From positions 354,682 through 404,390 of the forward strand of contig NMRA01000309.1 of assembly GCA_002633005.1 (NCBI GenBank): 49,709 nucleotides of DNA. Reading direction: 5' to 3'. Shown piece by piece: positions 27,701 to 40,684 of the stretch; the stretch's first letter is position 1; each line of letters starts with the position of its first letter. The DNA is from Phoronis australis (Eukaryota; Animalia; Phoronida). Under the pieces are notes generated by a model, which was not told where the DNA came from, did not search any database, and saw only the letters and a program-made list of their open reading frames with translations. A program made the translations under genes and the position numbers.

Positions 27701-30700
27701 AGATAGTGATAATGAACTCCATATGTCCCAGTCCTGCTAATGATACACTGGCTTAAAGCTTTTATGCAAGGAATTAGTTAGTTGGTGCAGTTTGTATTCA
27801 ATTTACAATCAAAACCTATTATTTCAGATTCTGGAAACCTATTACCTTTGTAAAAATTAGAGACCTTGCAAGTACATTCGAAATAATTTAAGTCATTTGG
27901 TAAAAGTAAGAAATAACGATGGGGAACTAAAATCACGGAGCTGCTCTTGGATCCATTTTCTCAAATGTAAAAGAGTAATGTTTTCACCAGTTGATGCCTG
28001 GTTTTATAGCCGTACAATGGAGTGGTAGCCATGTCATTTTTGAGTGGCAACTGTTAATTGTTTTTCAAGGAACAACAACTTGACCAATACAGCTATGTTT
28101 TTGAACTAAACATCTTTAACAACACAGCTGTTTTCTTGCCGAAAAACATATCCCACCAATCTTCAGTCTGCCAAACCAAATTGATGAGACTTGCTGATAT
28201 TTCAATGGCATACCCAAAACTGAAATACATGGCCTGGTTCTACATGTCTGTCCTCAGATTTCGCCTGTTCAAAGGAACTTGCTTCCTGATGACCTCTAGG
28301 GGTGCGTTCCACAGACCAAGTATCTAGCGAGAAAAACGAGATCACACAAGACCATGCAAATCTCTCGCAAAGTCAGGCGAGCGAAAGGCAACTGTTTTGC
28401 GGTATGATTGAGACCTTACTATGGTAATCTAGTGAAATGGCGGCTACTGGTCAGTGAGGTTTTAATGTATAATTATGGGATAGAATTCATAAATTATAGG
28501 ATAGAGCTCACTGTTTCTGCTCCATAAACAAAGATTTCTCACTGAAAATGACTGGCAAATGCTTCGTGTTTTTGTAACTCGGACCACATTTTGTTTTGAC
28601 TGAATTAATAGTCGTACCATCCAGCACTGGTTTGAAGAAGGGCAGTCAGTCAATGCAATACATAATGGATATGGTAATATAACTGAACTACAATTCATTG
28701 CTACGATATTTTAAAAATGCACTGGTTTTCTCATTTATATCCCTTGCACACTTTCGAGTTATCATTCAGCTTTCAAGCACTTATAAAATAAAAGTCTACT
28801 AATGATTTGTCAACTTGTTCCCTTGGACATGGACCAATTTAAAAATGTATCTTTGTAGTTTTAAAACACAAACTGAAGATTAGAGAACGCAAAAAGATGA
28901 AAACATATTACCAAAATCAAAGAAACTGCATTCTAAACATTTCACTTCATGACTTACTTTGAGTAGTGTAGCTTCCCAAGAGAGCAATATTTTAATATTC
29001 GTCTCTTAGACATATTACTTTGACTCTTAAATCGAGTCTACCTACAGCAAAATTTTACAAATTTAGGACACTTAATATGGCCAACATGTGAAATTTTATT
29101 TTCTCATTTCTTCTATCAAAGACACATACGGTAATACCAAATGAATGTGTCACCATGTTCAAGTTCTTTATCATAGCTATGACCAGATGATAGGTTGAAA
29201 TTTGTGGGAATTCACAATATTAGAAGCCCTTTGGCAATTATCTTTATTGAAATTGGTAATATAAACAGAGCCTAACAACTGGACTCAAGGGCCTTGATGT
29301 TCATTCAAAGCTGCATAGTCCTATATAAGTATTACAGGCGACAGGGTAAACATTAAACAGTAAACGTTAAACATCCTTATGAAACGCAAACCATTAAATC
29401 GATTGGTGAAAAAGTCAGCAACCAATTAATATACCTGTAGATACACTATACTAGAAGTACACAAAGAGCACAAATACCTGAGCTTAATAATAATCTGTGT
29501 ACAAAATCTGAAACAGTGTAAATAACAGAATAACGTTGGGCTAATATTGAAGATCCATAACGGTGTCGACACTTTCAATGAAAGGATGGCAAGTGTTTGT
29601 TTAAAAATATAACTTATTGGCATCTCAATTACCGAAATGCTTTCACAAAGAAAAGCCTTCCAGTCTCGAATAAGTGATTAAAAGTCATCTAGTTCTGACA
29701 AGTTCATTGGTCAAAAACTGAAGATCGTTAAAAGTTGAAGTATTTTCACCATTTGAACTTTCAAAATGTAAAAGCTGTTTCATACACCAGGATGGAAATC
29801 AGCCGTACAAATCAGGCCAATACAGTCTACCTTCACTGGTTGGTGTTAGAACCTATATCCTATTGGACAGAAAAAGAAAAAAGTTATATAACGTGTACCC
29901 AGTTCCAAGGGTTGAAAGTCTGGGAAGATGCTGGCTCACTCTCGAATGAGCCCAGTGGTGTTTAGGCCATGGCTTGCCAACAATATAAAGCAGTAATTCA
30001 GAACAATTTGTTGCAGACTAGAATAAAAACAATGCAATGCTTCAAATTCATTGGTTGTTTGGAATGATTTTCACAGGTACATGTAGAGCTAAGCAATCTG
30101 ATTTGCCATTAGTGAATACACACATTTAACCTTTGACATTAATTTGAATACATTCCAGGAATTAAAGCTACATTTCACCCTGTTTAGCAGGCTAAAAATG
30201 AAAATCCATTACGGTAACCCTTTCACTTCCTTGTAAACTGTATTATAAACCCAAGGCCTACACATAATTAATGTTTCCATTCTAAGTCTTTATTCCCATG
30301 ATGAATGATTTCTATATCGGTAATCAAGAATATCAGTGGGTAACAGAAATGCAACTCTTTCACAAGGAATATCACGAGACCAACTTTATGACAGTAAAAG
30401 ATTCAACTTGATTTAACTTTTATTAGCTGGCTAAACATGGAGGAATGCAGCTTTAAGACATCATCCTATAACTTACTATCGTAGCATCTCATCAACTTCA
30501 GACAAAAATAATTGACAAACTGACGTGTCAATCATTGGTGCGAATGTCCACAGTTTCTCAAAACATTTTATGATGCTAGCTTTGGTATAGAACTTGAAAA
30601 TGAGGGTGATTAAATTTCATGAAAAAACAAATTGTGTCCAAACTGGTGAAAATTTACCACATTTAGAAAAGATGATGATTTTGCAAAATGTCGAGTACCA

Positions 30701-31924
30701 TCACCCGTGCAGGGATAGTTACTAAAACTCCACTGGAAATGTATATTGAATTACGAAATGAAGCAACCGCATAATCAGAAACCTAGTGTTCTAGAGGCTC
30801 GCGTGACTTCTATCAAACTCGTATCTTCAAAGACAAAAAGTGTTCAAATGTCACTACGTGCTACAACTCCTCCATGGAAATCACATGTTTTTTGACGAAG
30901 CACAGCAGTGCCCCATTTCAAAGCATATTGGAAAAGATGTCCACAGAATATTTGCTCTAGATTTGGGAATCTGTTCAGTGTTGACCCGTGTGAGAACCCT
31001 TCCAAGCTGCCTTTATGGGTGTGATCAATCGACAAATGATCAATTGCTCATCATTCAGATAGGTCTCGCTGGCGATGTTTTATGAATATCTTATAATACA
31101 ACTACAAACAAGATATTCCCCCAGGCCCATTTGACATGAAAAAGACGTGAATGAACTCGATGAGCGGGGATGCGTTGCCAGCAGAGATGAAAACTTTTTG
31201 AAGATAAGAAATACTGTCATTTAATGAATGGGCATTGAATTAAAGTAAGCGAAGGACACAGCTTGTAGTTCCAAAGACGGTCAATCCTTGCCAGTTACGT
31301 TGAGTTTGACTCGTTTCTCAGAAAAAACCAAGCAGACTGAATGCATGACTTGAGATTTTGTTTAATTACATTAAACAAATTAGCCAAATGATAGAACCTC
31401 CCCCATACATTGATTGGATTCAAACTGCACACTCAGTGTTGGATAAACTCGTCAAACAATCCTAGTGAAAATCCAGTGGACAGAATTGTATTTGAGGTAT
31501 GTTTTGTGGACAAAGTTTCCTGCTTCTATCCTTCCCCACTTAATTTCCCCTCGATTTTTTGGAATGGGTGCAAACGTGCTGAGAATTAAATTGATGTGGC
31601 AGGGCCTTAAAACAGAAATTTTTAACAAAACAAAATTCTACTTCATGACATTTTGTTCTGAATTGAAGAAAACTTGAATTAGCAACAAAATTTCAAATAA
31701 GCTACTAAATGCTAATTATGTCACTATGGCAACAACCAGTGGACAACTATCCTGTCGGTGTAAAGATTCTAAATAAGAGAGAAACCAATTTCAACATTAA
31801 TGCTCATACCAATAGCTTCTCTTGTAGGTACTGTTTTTAATTAACGAGGTATAATTAAGCATTGCAGGCAGATATCAAATGTTCAACTAGAATCACCACC
31901 TGATCCACGATTTGAGCTCCTGTA

Positions 31925-32002
31925 CAGGGTGATACAAAAAGATGGACATAATACAAAAATGTAGCACTGTCATCAAACACATTAATTGTTTGGAACACCC
32001 TG
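31925..32002. mobile_element. Tiny Tc1/mariner-type MITE relic
   Basis: TA|cagggtgatacaaaaa ... ttgtttggaacaccctg|TG: CAGGGTG termini with ~16-bp imperfect TIRs. Confidence 0.5.
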
Positions 32003-33505
32003 TGAATAAGAATCAAATTAAGTTTAGAAATGGTTGACCTAAGTTAAAAGAAGGGTATGAATTTTACTTAGTGCATTACTTAGTTTTGTCAAATTTTACA
32101 AATAGGATAACGCAAATGACTGGGAAAGGTCGTGAAAACAGGCACATCATGTGTTGGTTCTGCACAGTGGACATGGCTCGATCATTAGATACAAAAAAAA
32201 TTGTGCCGTTAGAATAAAATTGCAAAGACATCAATGTTCCAACGGCGAAACTAACGAGAGATTGATATTAAAATAAATTATTATTGTTAATTTCTTAATG
32301 TTCTAGCTAATCATAACTGACAGCTTTAAACGTGACAAATCAGCGCGTTATATGAATGGAGGACTTAGTTGATGATAACTAATACTATAGGCTCGGCTTG
32401 ACATGATCAAGGACTCCAATGAAACGATGTATCACAGTACTTTTTTTAGTAACTTATTACTAGCACTAACTTTTGTGTTTTTTTTGATTATTTTTTACAA
32501 ATAAAAACTTATTCATTAAAAATGCTGGTTTACATTATTAACAACAATATTCCAGCGTGTTGTTCACTTTTGAATCATCGACACGACAGCTGACAATTGC
32601 GGTTAACTACAGTTGAGTCAGTCAACCATCATAGACGCAGCTGAATCCAAGCAAATGTGACTGCAGGCAAGCAAAGGAAGTGGTTCACTTAGAGGGGCTT
32701 CCTTAACAAACAGCTTAATGTCGCCAGGGCACAAGATTGCAATCGGTCACGATCGGCAGTCCAATTAACTGACAAAAATCAAATCAAACTTGGTGAAATC
32801 TAATGGCGACAGTGTTTTTGTACTAAATGCAAATGGGTTTCATGACCGTGTCTCTAAATGTAAATAGGTTTCAAGACACTGTCAGAGCCAACTAATCAGC
32901 AGAATGCAAGAACCTTTTCAAACTTGAAACATGAGAATAATGGATCCTATGTTAAAACATTGAAATTATGAAAAATGTGCAAAACATTAACAGCGAAAAC
33001 AATTTCATTCTTGGTTGATAACACTTTTGATGACGTAAGTAATAAAAGGTGCACTTCACTTCTCGTACAAAAAGTACTAATTTTTCATAAAACCTTCCAT
33101 TACAAAATTGCCTAGTTTTAACAGATTTAAAATTCCACTAGAGATTAAACAATAGAAACGGTGCAGTCAGTATAAGTTACTGTTCAGTAATTTGTCATGA
33201 AATAATCATTTTTACCAGGTTCTGCTTTAAGACAGTTAAGTACAATAATTCAATGCGAATGAGATGAATTCTGAATGTGGAAATACCTATAGCTCAATAT
33301 TACGCCTACAGTACTACAACTAAAACATTACTTTTTTCTTACAAGGTTCATGACTATGATTTGAAAACAAACAACATTATTTGATCCTTACGAATAGGAA
33401 TGTTCTTTCCCAAAGTCTGAAGTTGCAAACCTCCCAGGCTTTCAACGATTCAAGCTGCTGAGTTTGAGAGAACCATTGGCAACGGACACACAGGCATCAA
33501 TTTAA

Positions 33506-34565
33506 GGTTTACCGCAAAAACGCTGGTAGGGATTTTCGTTTAGTCTTTAAGTCTGGTTTCTATGACAAATTAACTCGCAAAACATAAGATTTTCGTAAAA
33601 AAAATAGGAGTCGTATTCGTCTTTGTTACATTATGCACAAACTATGCCTTTATATCGAAAATTCTTATAGTGTTTTGACGCTGATGAATAAATATTAAGT
33701 TTGGAACGATTCAGAGAAAACCACTAAGCTGTTTTCAAGAACTCGTGTTCCTTAGTTCAAATTAAGTCAATTCGCCGAAGCCGAGAAAAAGCCGATTAAG
33801 TTGTGAGATGTGAAAATCTCAAGGTCTTCGGTTAATTATTCGGTGAGAAATTGTTTTCGGTCAATATAACCTAAACATGCCATAACCATGTTCACTATTT
33901 CAACATTCACTCACAATGTCAACTGAATTTTCAGTGCGTAATTAACTTAATTATCACTAAAACATTTTAAGTTTGTTTGTGGGGTTTCCTGTGCCTTGTG
34001 TTATCTAGGTCAGAAGGCGGAGTCAGCAGTAAGTAGGCCAACAGTTTATTGTATACACACCACATACAGGGGAGAATGATAATCAAGAAACCGAGTACAT
34101 AATAGACAATAGAAATAGAGTCTGAGTCTGTGTCTAAAGCGCACCGTGAGCATGTGATCGAAACAGCAAAATGTCAAATTACCAATCAAATTAACGAATT
34201 TCATGGAGGATTTATCTTTAATTTAATAACGTGCTGTGTTAAAGAACAGAGACAGTTCAGCGTCTTGGCATTCGGTGTATTTGTTCTTAACAATCGGATA
34301 TATGCAGACGCACAACTCTCTCAGGATTAAAAGTTTGCTATGTCTTGGTTGACAACCCTGCAATCATTGACCTCGGAAGTAAACAAATTTTCACAAGGAT
34401 GTGCTTGTGTGGTTCCAAGGTCAGTGGTTTTGCTCAATCTTTTTTCTTGCTACAAGGTATATATTTCCTATTTGAAGTTGCCGGAAAGAAGATAAGGGAT
34501 TTTGCTAGACATGTGTAATATATTGTAAAAAACAGCAAATTTTTTTAATAAGGTTTGTGACAACT
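33506..34565 (+). mobile_element. Kolobok-like element, copy 2 (lacks ~220 bp at the left end)
   Basis: TTAA 33502-33505, then colinear with 11262-12387; for example the block taaccatgttcactatttcaacattcact...taattaacttaattatcactaaa is nearly identical. Degenerate right TIR aataaggtttgtgacaact. Confidence 0.75.
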
Positions 34566-37518
34566 GGATCTTGTCTCTTTGAACTTTCAATGTGTCCATA
34601 TTATGGTACGGATCAAGAAAACGGTAATACCAAAGAAATGGGAATCAAGAAAAAATAATTTTCAGTTGTACACTTCCAGACTGAGGTTTTAATTCACAAC
34701 AGACTTTTTCCGCCAGGTATAACAAATGTACGTCTGCTTCGATGCAAGACGAAGTGGCATAACAACTGGGCACCAAGCTCAGAGACCAGGAGTGAGAAAC
34801 ACCACTGCACCATTTTGTTCAAGGACAACTTGACTGTCCTCTGGTTACAAGTCCGGTCTTCACCTATTTTTCCAGTAACCTCAAGACTTCCCTTTTTTGA
34901 AGAGTTTTTGGTTATTGGGAAAGCAAACATCTTGAACTTCAGTAATTCTTGTAAGAATATGTAGATTAAATTGCAGTTGCGAGAATCCCCTACAGTGATA
35001 CGCCATCTAGTGTTTAATCCGGATATCGCTTGCCAGTGAGCAATTAGCAACTTTTGTAAGATGGGAATTTCTCCAATGAGAAAGTGACATACACAGCTTG
35101 CATCAGGGGTTCACCTATATAATGGGTGTTATGAGACCAACTTTGAATGCAACTGACTTACTATATCGGTAATGAGTAAAGAGCAGAAAAGTTCACTTAA
35201 TTAAAGAAAACTGCAAAGTAGTCCTACATGACAACTGCTTTATAAGGTAAAATAGCACATCAAATCTTTTCAACAATTTAGAACAAATTACATTGGACAC
35301 TGAAATTGCATGCGAAACTAATAAAGGAGCACTTAAGTGAAACTTGTAATTGAACTCAGTCAATTGCAAATTGGAAAGGAATTAAATGTAGGCGATAAAG
35401 CGGGCCAATTGTGAGCAAATGGCTGCAATCTGTCTTTGAAATCTGCCCTGAGTAGTCCGCTGGGCCCACTAATAGCAAGCAGTAGACGTTATCTCCAGTA
35501 CCTGATCCAACTCAGAAGGCATCTGGGCAACCATTAATTAAAAACAATGTGAGAATACTAATTATCTAAAAAAAAACAGCATGACATATCTCCTGTCTAT
35601 TGTGTTTCAAGGCAGACTCTGTGGCCACCACTCTCATGTTGCCACGGAAATCAAGTCAAACCCAGTGTGAAAATGGCATTTCCACAAAGCATTGGGAATT
35701 TCAATTAACTTCTCAACATTATGAAATCCCGCTGATGGAGTGAAGAAATCTGGGCTACTTTGCCATGTAGCTAGATGAAATTGACATTGCATTAGTTCTT
35801 GACACGCTTAATAAACCTGGCTTGGCGTAGAACAAGTCCAGTTAAATGCTATGTGTGTCACCAACAGTGATTAAGCACAATAAAACAGATCATTTCTATT
35901 ATCAAGTGCTACTTGATATATTTTGAAAAGCACATTGTAAAATGGAGCGTCTGCCGCCATCTTGGATTAGAATTATCAATAAGCATAAGTGAGTTGCCTG
36001 TGGGTTTACAAATATTGAAAAACTCAAATGTAATGGTTTTAACCTTTCACAACACTTTTTGTCCTCTAGGTACAACTCAATTTCCATCATAAGTGGCAGT
36101 GTATTTGCAAGCAATACAAAATAAACGCCAAAAAATTGCCAATATAGCTGTACAAAACAATTGTAAAGTTATGCAGGACCCTAGAAAAATATGCAAAACT
36201 GGCTGACTTCGGAATATCATATCCCAGAAATGACTGATGGATTTATAACACATCTTCAGATACTATGCTTTACAAGACTTTGGAACAGTGTTTAAAATAT
36301 TCCATTTTGGATGATTTATGTGAAAAAAATCAAAAGTAGCATAAAACGAAATCTAAATGATAATTTAGAAAACAGCTGTGTTTTAAGATTTGATCTTGAA
36401 CATTAGTATCAATAAACTTTGGTCATGTTATTGATAACATTGCGTTGCTATTAATTTACCTTTCTCTTTTGCTAAATTTTGCAAAAAACGCATGGTCACG
36501 TGACCTAATTAATGACAGATTGGTACAAAAGCAAAAATAAAATCCCGCAGGTTTTCCTCTTTTAGAAAATACGTGCTTTTACTGAGTTAACATCTTTAGT
36601 TTTGTACATATTTTGTTACATAGACAGACTTGTCGATAAGGTCCGGCATAATTTACATAACTAGGGCAAAGCCTTATATTGCACTCGCGACATCAGTGTA
36701 CAACTGCAACAAAGAGTACGTTGAAACATTTCAAGTGTGCTCACACACTTGCCCGGTATCGTGCAATAATTAAACTGTGTGAAGTGGTAAGGACGTGACC
36801 CCAGCACAGGGTTAAAGTCACGTGACCAGACATAGTCTTAATGCATTTCTTATGTTAGAGTAAAACAAGTGGTCAGATTAAACCCAGAGGAGTACAATGC
36901 TGGAGAACATAGGCAGTATAACGACTTTGATAATATGCATGCAAACTTCTATGCGGACCTCAGTGGACAACCTTTAACGCTTCGATAACAAACCCAGCAA
37001 TGGTCGCACAGAAAAGGTTAAGCCTGTGACAATAGTATAACAGAGAACTAGAAATGACACGACTTCCTTAAACCTGTTCTACACCATACTCTCTAATCAA
37101 TGACAAACTTGATTTAGAGCTCAGGTCTGGACTTAATCCTTACTCAGAGGTTATTCCTGGGCTAAACAGAACTGGAAGGTCGTTATAGTGCGGCCATTGA
37201 TGCCAAGTGCATAAAATGACTGGACCTAACGAGCCAACTTGTTGAACCTGGTCTCGAGCACAAATAAACTGCCATGATCAGAAGTTACATCAAATGTTTG
37301 TAAAGAACAAGTTGAGACCAATTTCATATATGCAAGCGGTCTAAATTAGAAGTAATTTTTCATAAAGGTGGGCAACATTAACTAGTCAGGTCCTAGTACT
37401 AGTAGTGACCTCTCTGGCACACCTCACGTACTGTTACAAATACAAGAGCATCATTTATAGAGTAGCTACTTCGTTTTCTCAACTCATCTTTGTATTGTTT
37501 TCAGAAACATTCTTTGAA

Positions 37519-38997
37519 ATGGCGAATTCGGCTAACGAAACATATGGTGATATCGGAGAAGAACTCATCAATACCACATCATCATCGTGGACGCTTAGCT
37601 GCAGGTGCTTCTCACCAGAAAATTTAAACAAAATGTGGGCTACCCTCAGAAATAGACTAATTGAAAAAACAATGTCTCCCATTGTGATCACAGTGTTGCT
37701 TAGCATCTATTGGTTGCTTGGGACACTTGGCAATGCACTGGTTATTTATGTGTTTGGAAAAAAGATAAAGCAACGTACGTCAGCACGATGTTTCATAATC
37801 ACGCTCGCTGTTTTGGATTTCCTAGTTTGCCTCCTAGTCATTCCAGGCGAGCTCTTTGACTTGTGGTTTTTCCCATTTGGAGCCGACTTTGTGTGCAAGG
37901 GGTATGAGTGGATGCGTCAGAGCATGATCCCCGTCACAGCGTTCATACTGGGCGCCATTGCATTTGACCGCTACTTTCTCATCTGCAAGGCACCAGCGAC
38001 CATCATCACACCGAGAATTGCCAAGATTATCATAGCAGCACTGGTGGTTATCGGTGCATCAATGGCCATATTGCCAACATTGGCGTTCTCGGTCTACGTG
38101 CAGCGCGGGCCGACATGTAACAAACTCTGTTACTACGGACAGTGCAAGACCAACTATCACCTGATCGGTCCTCATATGGTGAGTCACTACTTTTCCCTCC
38201 TCACCACCATGTACGCCATTGTAACCGTGACCATCAGCATCTTATACGCGTTGGTGTTTGTTGCAGTACGCCGTCGTAGTCAGCGGTGGGGCCACAACCG
38301 TTTGAGTGTGGCAAGGCAGGTTGTCAGCTACCACGTGTCTAAGTGCGACAATTCGACAGTGACCACTAATATTCGCACCAAGACCAGACCGTCCAAGACA
38401 GAGCAGTGTGATGATCTCATCAATGGCAATGACCCACAGACGAAGTTAATACCAGAAGACCACCACAAAGAGACCAACAAATACGAACCCGAGGCCAATG
38501 GGAAGCTGAAGCCAACATCAAACAACAAAGTAGCGATGACTATAGAATTGGCAGAGGATGAGGAAGGCTACTGCGATGATGACAGCATAGGGACAAAGCT
38601 TTCCTCCCTCGCCGACAACACCACGGAGACGCAACCCACTACTCCCCTGACAGTCGACCCAAAGGACACAGAGCAGGATACAGCCAACAGCGAAGACGCG
38701 TCACACACTCGTCACCGCAGTAGTCCCGAAGTAAAAACAGCTCAAATCTTATGTTTGGTGACAGCATGCTTCGTGCTGGCCTACCTTCCACTGTTTTTGG
38801 TATACTACTTGAACATACAGGACTCGAGGCAGGTGCACCCACTTCACAATAAGAATGTAGGCATGGCATTACTGTATGTTATTCACTACACTAATCACGT
38901 AGTCAACCCATTTATCTACGGCTTCATGAACAGACACTTTAAGTCAGAAGTGAAAAAGATGATCACTGCTTGTCGTAACCGCAGAGCTCGCTTTTGA
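37519..38997 (+). CDS. Class A (rhodopsin-like) GPCR, peptide/orphan receptor type (CCK/orexin-receptor-like in appearance); main coding exon
   Basis: Only long ORF in the window (37405-38997). It has seven hydrophobic segments with class A motifs: GN in TM1 (LGTLGNALV), LAVLD in TM2, WFFPFG...C in ECL1/TM3, DRY, FVLAYLP in TM6 (variant of CWxP), NPFIY in TM7, and helix 8 FKSEVKKM followed by Cys. N-glycosylation sequons NET and NTT lie in the N-terminus. The track's GTG start is probably intronic: a pyrimidine tract plus AG (tttgtattgttttcag, AG 37503-37504) lies 14 nt before ATG 37519. Confidence 0.93.
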   Translation: MANSANETYGDIGEELINTTSSSWTLSCRCFSPENLNKMWATLRNRLIEKTMSPIVITVLLSIYWLLGTLGNALVIYVFGKKIKQRTSARCFIITLAVLDFLVCLLVIPGELFDLWFFPFGADFVCKGYEWMRQSMIPVTAFILGAIAFDRYFLICKAPATIITPRIAKIIIAALVVIGASMAILPTLAFSVYVQRGPTCNKLCYYGQCKTNYHLIGPHMVSHYFSLLTTMYAIVTVTISILYALVFVAVRRRSQRWGHNRLSVARQVVSYHVSKCDNSTVTTNIRTKTRPSKTEQCDDLINGNDPQTKLIPEDHHKETNKYEPEANGKLKPTSNNKVAMTIELAEDEEGYCDDDSIGTKLSSLADNTTETQPTTPLTVDPKDTEQDTANSEDASHTRHRSSPEVKTAQILCLVTACFVLAYLPLFLVYYLNIQDSRQVHPLHNKNVGMALLYVIHYTNHVVNPFIYGFMNRHFKSEVKKMITACRNRRARF

Positions 38998-39054
38998 GCA
39001 AGAACTATGTAAAAGTAATGAGCTAAATGCCCTTTTGGGTAAGACACTTAAAGG

Positions 39055-39127
39055 GGTCCTGTGTTATGAGAACCAGTTTTCCCCACTAAATAACGGGTAT
39101 CAAACTGGTTCTCAAAATACGGGGACC
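39055..39127. repeat. Short inverted repeat (~25-bp arms) adjacent to the larger fold-back
   Basis: ggtcctgtgttatgagaaccagttt ... aaactggttctcaaaatacggggacc; the core tgagaaccagttt/aaactggttctca pairs perfectly. Confidence 0.8.
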
Positions 39128-39132
39128 TAGCC

Positions 39133-39514
39133 AAGGTACCTAAACTGCACGGTCAACGGACTCATAAACACGGGCACGGACGCATGAACACGACTCACGT
39201 ACCTGTAAGCACCATCCACTGACTCAAAACACGGGAACGGACTCGCAAAACACGATCCACGCACCCAAATACACGAGACACTGACTCATATTCCTGAGGA
39301 AACACGGTTAACAAACCACCAAACACGGTTTGCAGACAAAATGGAGATGTCAGCTGACCCACCGTGTCCCGTGTATTTGGGTGCGTGGATCGTGTTTTAC
39401 GAGTCCGTTCCCGTGTTTGTAAGTCAGTGGACGGTGTTTGCAGGTCCGTGAGTCGTGTTCATGCATCCGTGGGCCATGTTTATTAGTCCGTTAACCATGT
39501 AGTTTAGGTACCTT
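39133..39514. mobile_element. Fold-back/MITE element with ~150-bp inverted arms, in the presumptive GPCR 3'UTR
   Basis: 39133-39281 and 39364-39514 are reverse complements (about 14 mismatches and 2 gaps by eye) around an 82-nt spacer. The arms contain a recurring aacacg motif and the termini are aaggtacc..ggtacctt. Confidence 0.85.
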
Positions 39515-39597
39515 TCCAGCTGTTGGTGATTATTGCATTCAACTGTACAAAATATTAAACCAATCTAATATCCTGTGGTACAACAGTATTATGTAAC

Positions 39598-39614
39598 TTA
39601 TTTATTTATTTATT
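39598..39614 (+). promoter_or_regulatory. Candidate AU-rich element (three overlapping AUUUA) in the GPCR 3'UTR
   Basis: ttatttatttatttatt about 600 nt after the stop, before AATAAA hexamers at 39910 and 39955. It could equally be a simple (TTTA)n repeat. Confidence 0.3.
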
Positions 39615-40684
39615 CAATTAGTTAAGGGACAGTTAATTGGAGGTAACTGTTCAAGCTTTAAATGTCGGCTATAGTACCTGTATTTGCCTAGGTTAATGCC
39701 CACCTTTACCTAAATGCCTGACCCTTGAATTTTCCAAATGTTGTTCAGAGAACATTCAGTTACGCCCCTACCACAATTAATACACTTAGGATTTTAAAGA
39801 TGCTATGTCTCATTTAAACTGTGAATATTTAAATTTGTAGCAAGCACCACCCATTGACCTCCTGAAAAACTGTGTGTACAAGTATAATCAGAAACAGAAG
39901 CAATTTGTAAATAAATTCCGATTTCAAAGAAAACTCCAAAACTGATACACTTAAAATAAATGTGAACATATAAAAAACCTAGTAATTCCAAACATTACAC
40001 AATCGCCATTTGATGGTGAAATAAAAAATATAAAAACTGTGCCTTGTTTCATTAGGGTAACAACAATTCTGTGGGGGTTTCCCAGGGATTTCTGTGTCAT
40101 CCATAGAAATGAGGACGAGAAGTGGTGTACATATACCTAGATATATAGCACTATCAGAGACGCAAACTGGCGTAACGTTGAATATTGTCCAAGGTAATGG
40201 CAAAATGAAATTACACAATGAAATCAAGGCTTTCATTGTAGCCAATGTGAGGAGTGTCAACCGAGTAGGTGAATAAACTAAGTTTTATGCTTTCTTTGTT
40301 CCCATCAGCTTTTCATCCACCATCATGAAATAATACCATACTCATTTACATAAAAATTCTGCGAAAACGAGACTTTCGTCAGATTGTAATGGTAACTGGT
40401 TCTTGGACGGCTTCCGGACCCGAGGTTGTTTGAAAATTAGTATTTCATTTGCATATTCACAATTTAATGAGACTACACATCTTTAATACTTGTTAGTGTC
40501 CACATGAACAGACATCTTAGGAGAATTTCAGAACTCAAGTCCAATATACTACTCAATTTCTGCAGCATTTTTAAAAAATAATTGCAGGCAGTCTGATACA
40601 CGTTGTACCAGACGTGCGCAGGCCTCACATGTGGGCCCATTGCACTGATCACCTGGAAATATTTTTATGCTTTATTAATATATG

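Noticed and set aside
34694-35530. Possible Gypsy integrase relic on the minus strand (LEVTGKIGE..., GCPDA..DQ)
   Set aside because: The resemblance is limited to a few residues across frameshifts, with no LTRs or clear DDE motif; BLASTX would be needed.
37405-37504. N-terminal 33 codons of the GPCR ORF as given in the track
   Set aside because: GTG start, and the segment ends in a pyrimidine tract plus AG; most likely intron.
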